From Squalus acanthias (Eukaryota), in the NCBI GenBank assembly GCA_030390025.1, contig CM059437.1, forward strand, positions 4,216,001-4,280,000: 64,000 nt of DNA. Reading direction: 5' to 3'. The position numbers were made by a program, and so were the translations under genes. Below are positions 61,890-64,000 of the stretch, in pieces. Below the pieces are notes generated by a model. That model was not told the origin of the DNA. It searched no databases and saw only the letters and a list, made by a program, of their open reading frames with translations. The stretch's first letter is position 1, and each line of letters starts with the position of its first letter.

Positions 61890-64000
61890 AAGTTAAGAGT
61901 CTAGCCGCTCCGAGAGCTTGTCATTCAAGGGCTTTTCCTTCCCGTCTGAGTCCCATCAAAACAAAACCCCTGATCGCTTCACTGCTTCTTTTATTCGTTG
62001 GGAACAACATTCGGAAGCCAATATTCCTCAGGCAGCGGGGTTCACAAGACGGTGTGAGACCCATTAATTTAAAGAAAAACTGGTTTCGAAGAGGTTCCAA
62101 GTAATTTCATAGAACGTCCTTTTGTACTTTGTACTGGGCTTTCGCAGTTCAACATCTGCTTCCTAAACAATCTGACATTAGGCAAATAAAACCTCCATTT
62201 GCACATGTTTTCTTAAGAAAATGCAAAAAAAAAACAACTGGTTTGTTCACGTATATAATATTATGGCTTTAGCATATTACAATTCTAGTTTTGTTTCAAA
62301 CCGCGTTAACCTAACAAAATATCAGAACCGCGGTAAAGCTAGTAGTCTGAAATGTAATTCAGTGTAGATTTCAGGTATCCCGACCCAATGCTAACACAAT
62401 GTATAAAAAACATTGGTCAATCACTACTTGAGATCATATTCTTGGATAATAAAGACGTTTTAAATAAACCTTTATTTTTTTTTAACTTTCTGTTGTGTGT
62501 GCAGGTTTGGTTTTGTGTACACATCCAGTTTTTGAAAGCTTCAGTCACATACAAAGACTACAGCCCAAGTATGAGCACCGTGTTAACCGTTCACTGGACC
62601 TTGATTTGTTTAGAGGTGCGGGGTCTCGTGCTGTGCCCCATACTAAAGTTGCACAATGCTTAGTTTATTTCTCCCCAAAGCATGTAGATATTGCAAATTG
62701 TAAGGGGGAGTCGAGGTAATCCGCTTTGCGATTTAGGTTGAGAAAGAGTAACAGTGTAAATGATTAAAATGTCAATACAATCACTGGCAAAATCTCCCTG
62801 ATTATCCATTAGTTGATTTGTTTTTAAATATTTTATTTGCACAGCAATCCCAGTTAAACTTCAATATGTGTTATTTATATGAAATAATTTGCTCACTAAG
62901 GGACGGCCCACAGACCCAACATTGTACATGAACCAAAGAAGCGACAACACAGATCGGCTTGGAGCAAGAGTTATTTCGAGTAACTTGATTGTTTTTATAA
63001 TTTTAAACAATTTAAGGTCTGTTTTTAAATTCACACATGCACACTTGTCACATGTCGACGGACGCCCAGTTGTATAATATTACAGTCTTTACATGAAAGG
63101 GGTTTTTATATTTTTTTCTCCAAGTTTGTTTTCTGTTGCGAGACATACATATTGCTTTGACTGGTGCCTTTAGCGGGGATTGGTGGAGGGAGGGTGTGAA
63201 AGTGTTGAGTGAAGGTCACATAAACGCTCCATACCTGATGGTGGCGAAATGCGTCGTTTTAAGAAATTAAGATCAAGAAGAGCGAGTTACTTAGTGTCCG
63301 AGAAAAAGTACCAGCAAGGGAAGCACAGCTGGGAAGAGCCATTCTGACCAGACTGCGGCACGTTTGCTTTAACAGGATTCGCCCTTGCTCGTCTCCGCTT
63401 TATTCACTGATCGCGGTTTATGACTTATGTGTGTTTGCGGTGTAGTTGCGGTCCCCCCCCCCCCCTATATATTTAATTTTACACTGGCAAACGTGCGTTA
63501 TTTGAGGTGCTTTGATAAAAACGCTTGAATCTTTTTTTTAAAGCGAGAAATTGACGTGAAATTATGAAATGGGTATTTTGGAAACGGGGAGATAGCCTTC
63601 ATTGACATTCCCTGTGTTTGCAAAGAATGTGGCGCATGTTTTCCCATCTAAACCATCTGTAGGTATGGGAATGGCTACATGCCAAGTCTTTGAGGTAGAG
63701 GTATTCCTCCTCAGTATGGCTAGTTACCACATTCTACTGTTATCAACATGACAAATTAACCCGACTCGTTGTGTGAAGCACTTCCCAGACCTTTCCACGC
63801 GATCAGCTGCTTATGAACATGCAATAATTAATTTTGGACATTATACTGCAAAAGTGCCATTTTAAAGTTATAATAATCTGCCATATAGTTCCCAAAACAA
63901 TGTTAACAGCCCCTGTATTTATTTATCCAGTACATTGTGCTGTGTGTGTTTTCTATGCAGTTCCAATGATTGTGTCCTTATTAATACAATTAATCACCTT

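Overview
Vertebrate genomic DNA, almost certainly from a cartilaginous fish (HE1/V-SINE, Deu-domain SINEs, CR1, L2 and Penelope repeats typical of elasmobranchs). It covers the posterior end of a HoxB cluster, transcribed on the minus strand. The only intact protein-coding gene is a two-exon HoxB13 (58154-57479, 57044-56797; about 307 aa). The main result is that the apparently empty interval 3' of HoxB13 holds two decayed but still readable Hox genes on the same strand and in colinear order: a HoxB12-like pseudogene (exon 1 remnant ~51188-51310, homeobox remnant ~50497-50662) and a HoxB11-like pseudogene (exon 1 remnant ~7320-7834, homeobox remnant ~6634-6849). HoxB11 and HoxB12 are generally regarded as absent from jawed-vertebrate HoxB clusters. 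Retroelements are concentrated between the two fossils (~12-48.6 kb). Nuclear-receptor DR0 (NR6A1/GCNF-type) motifs lie 3.2-3.8 kb upstream of each of the three (pseudo)genes, and several CTCF-like sites are present. All alignments were done by eye against Hox sequences recalled from memory, and repeat boundaries are approximate.
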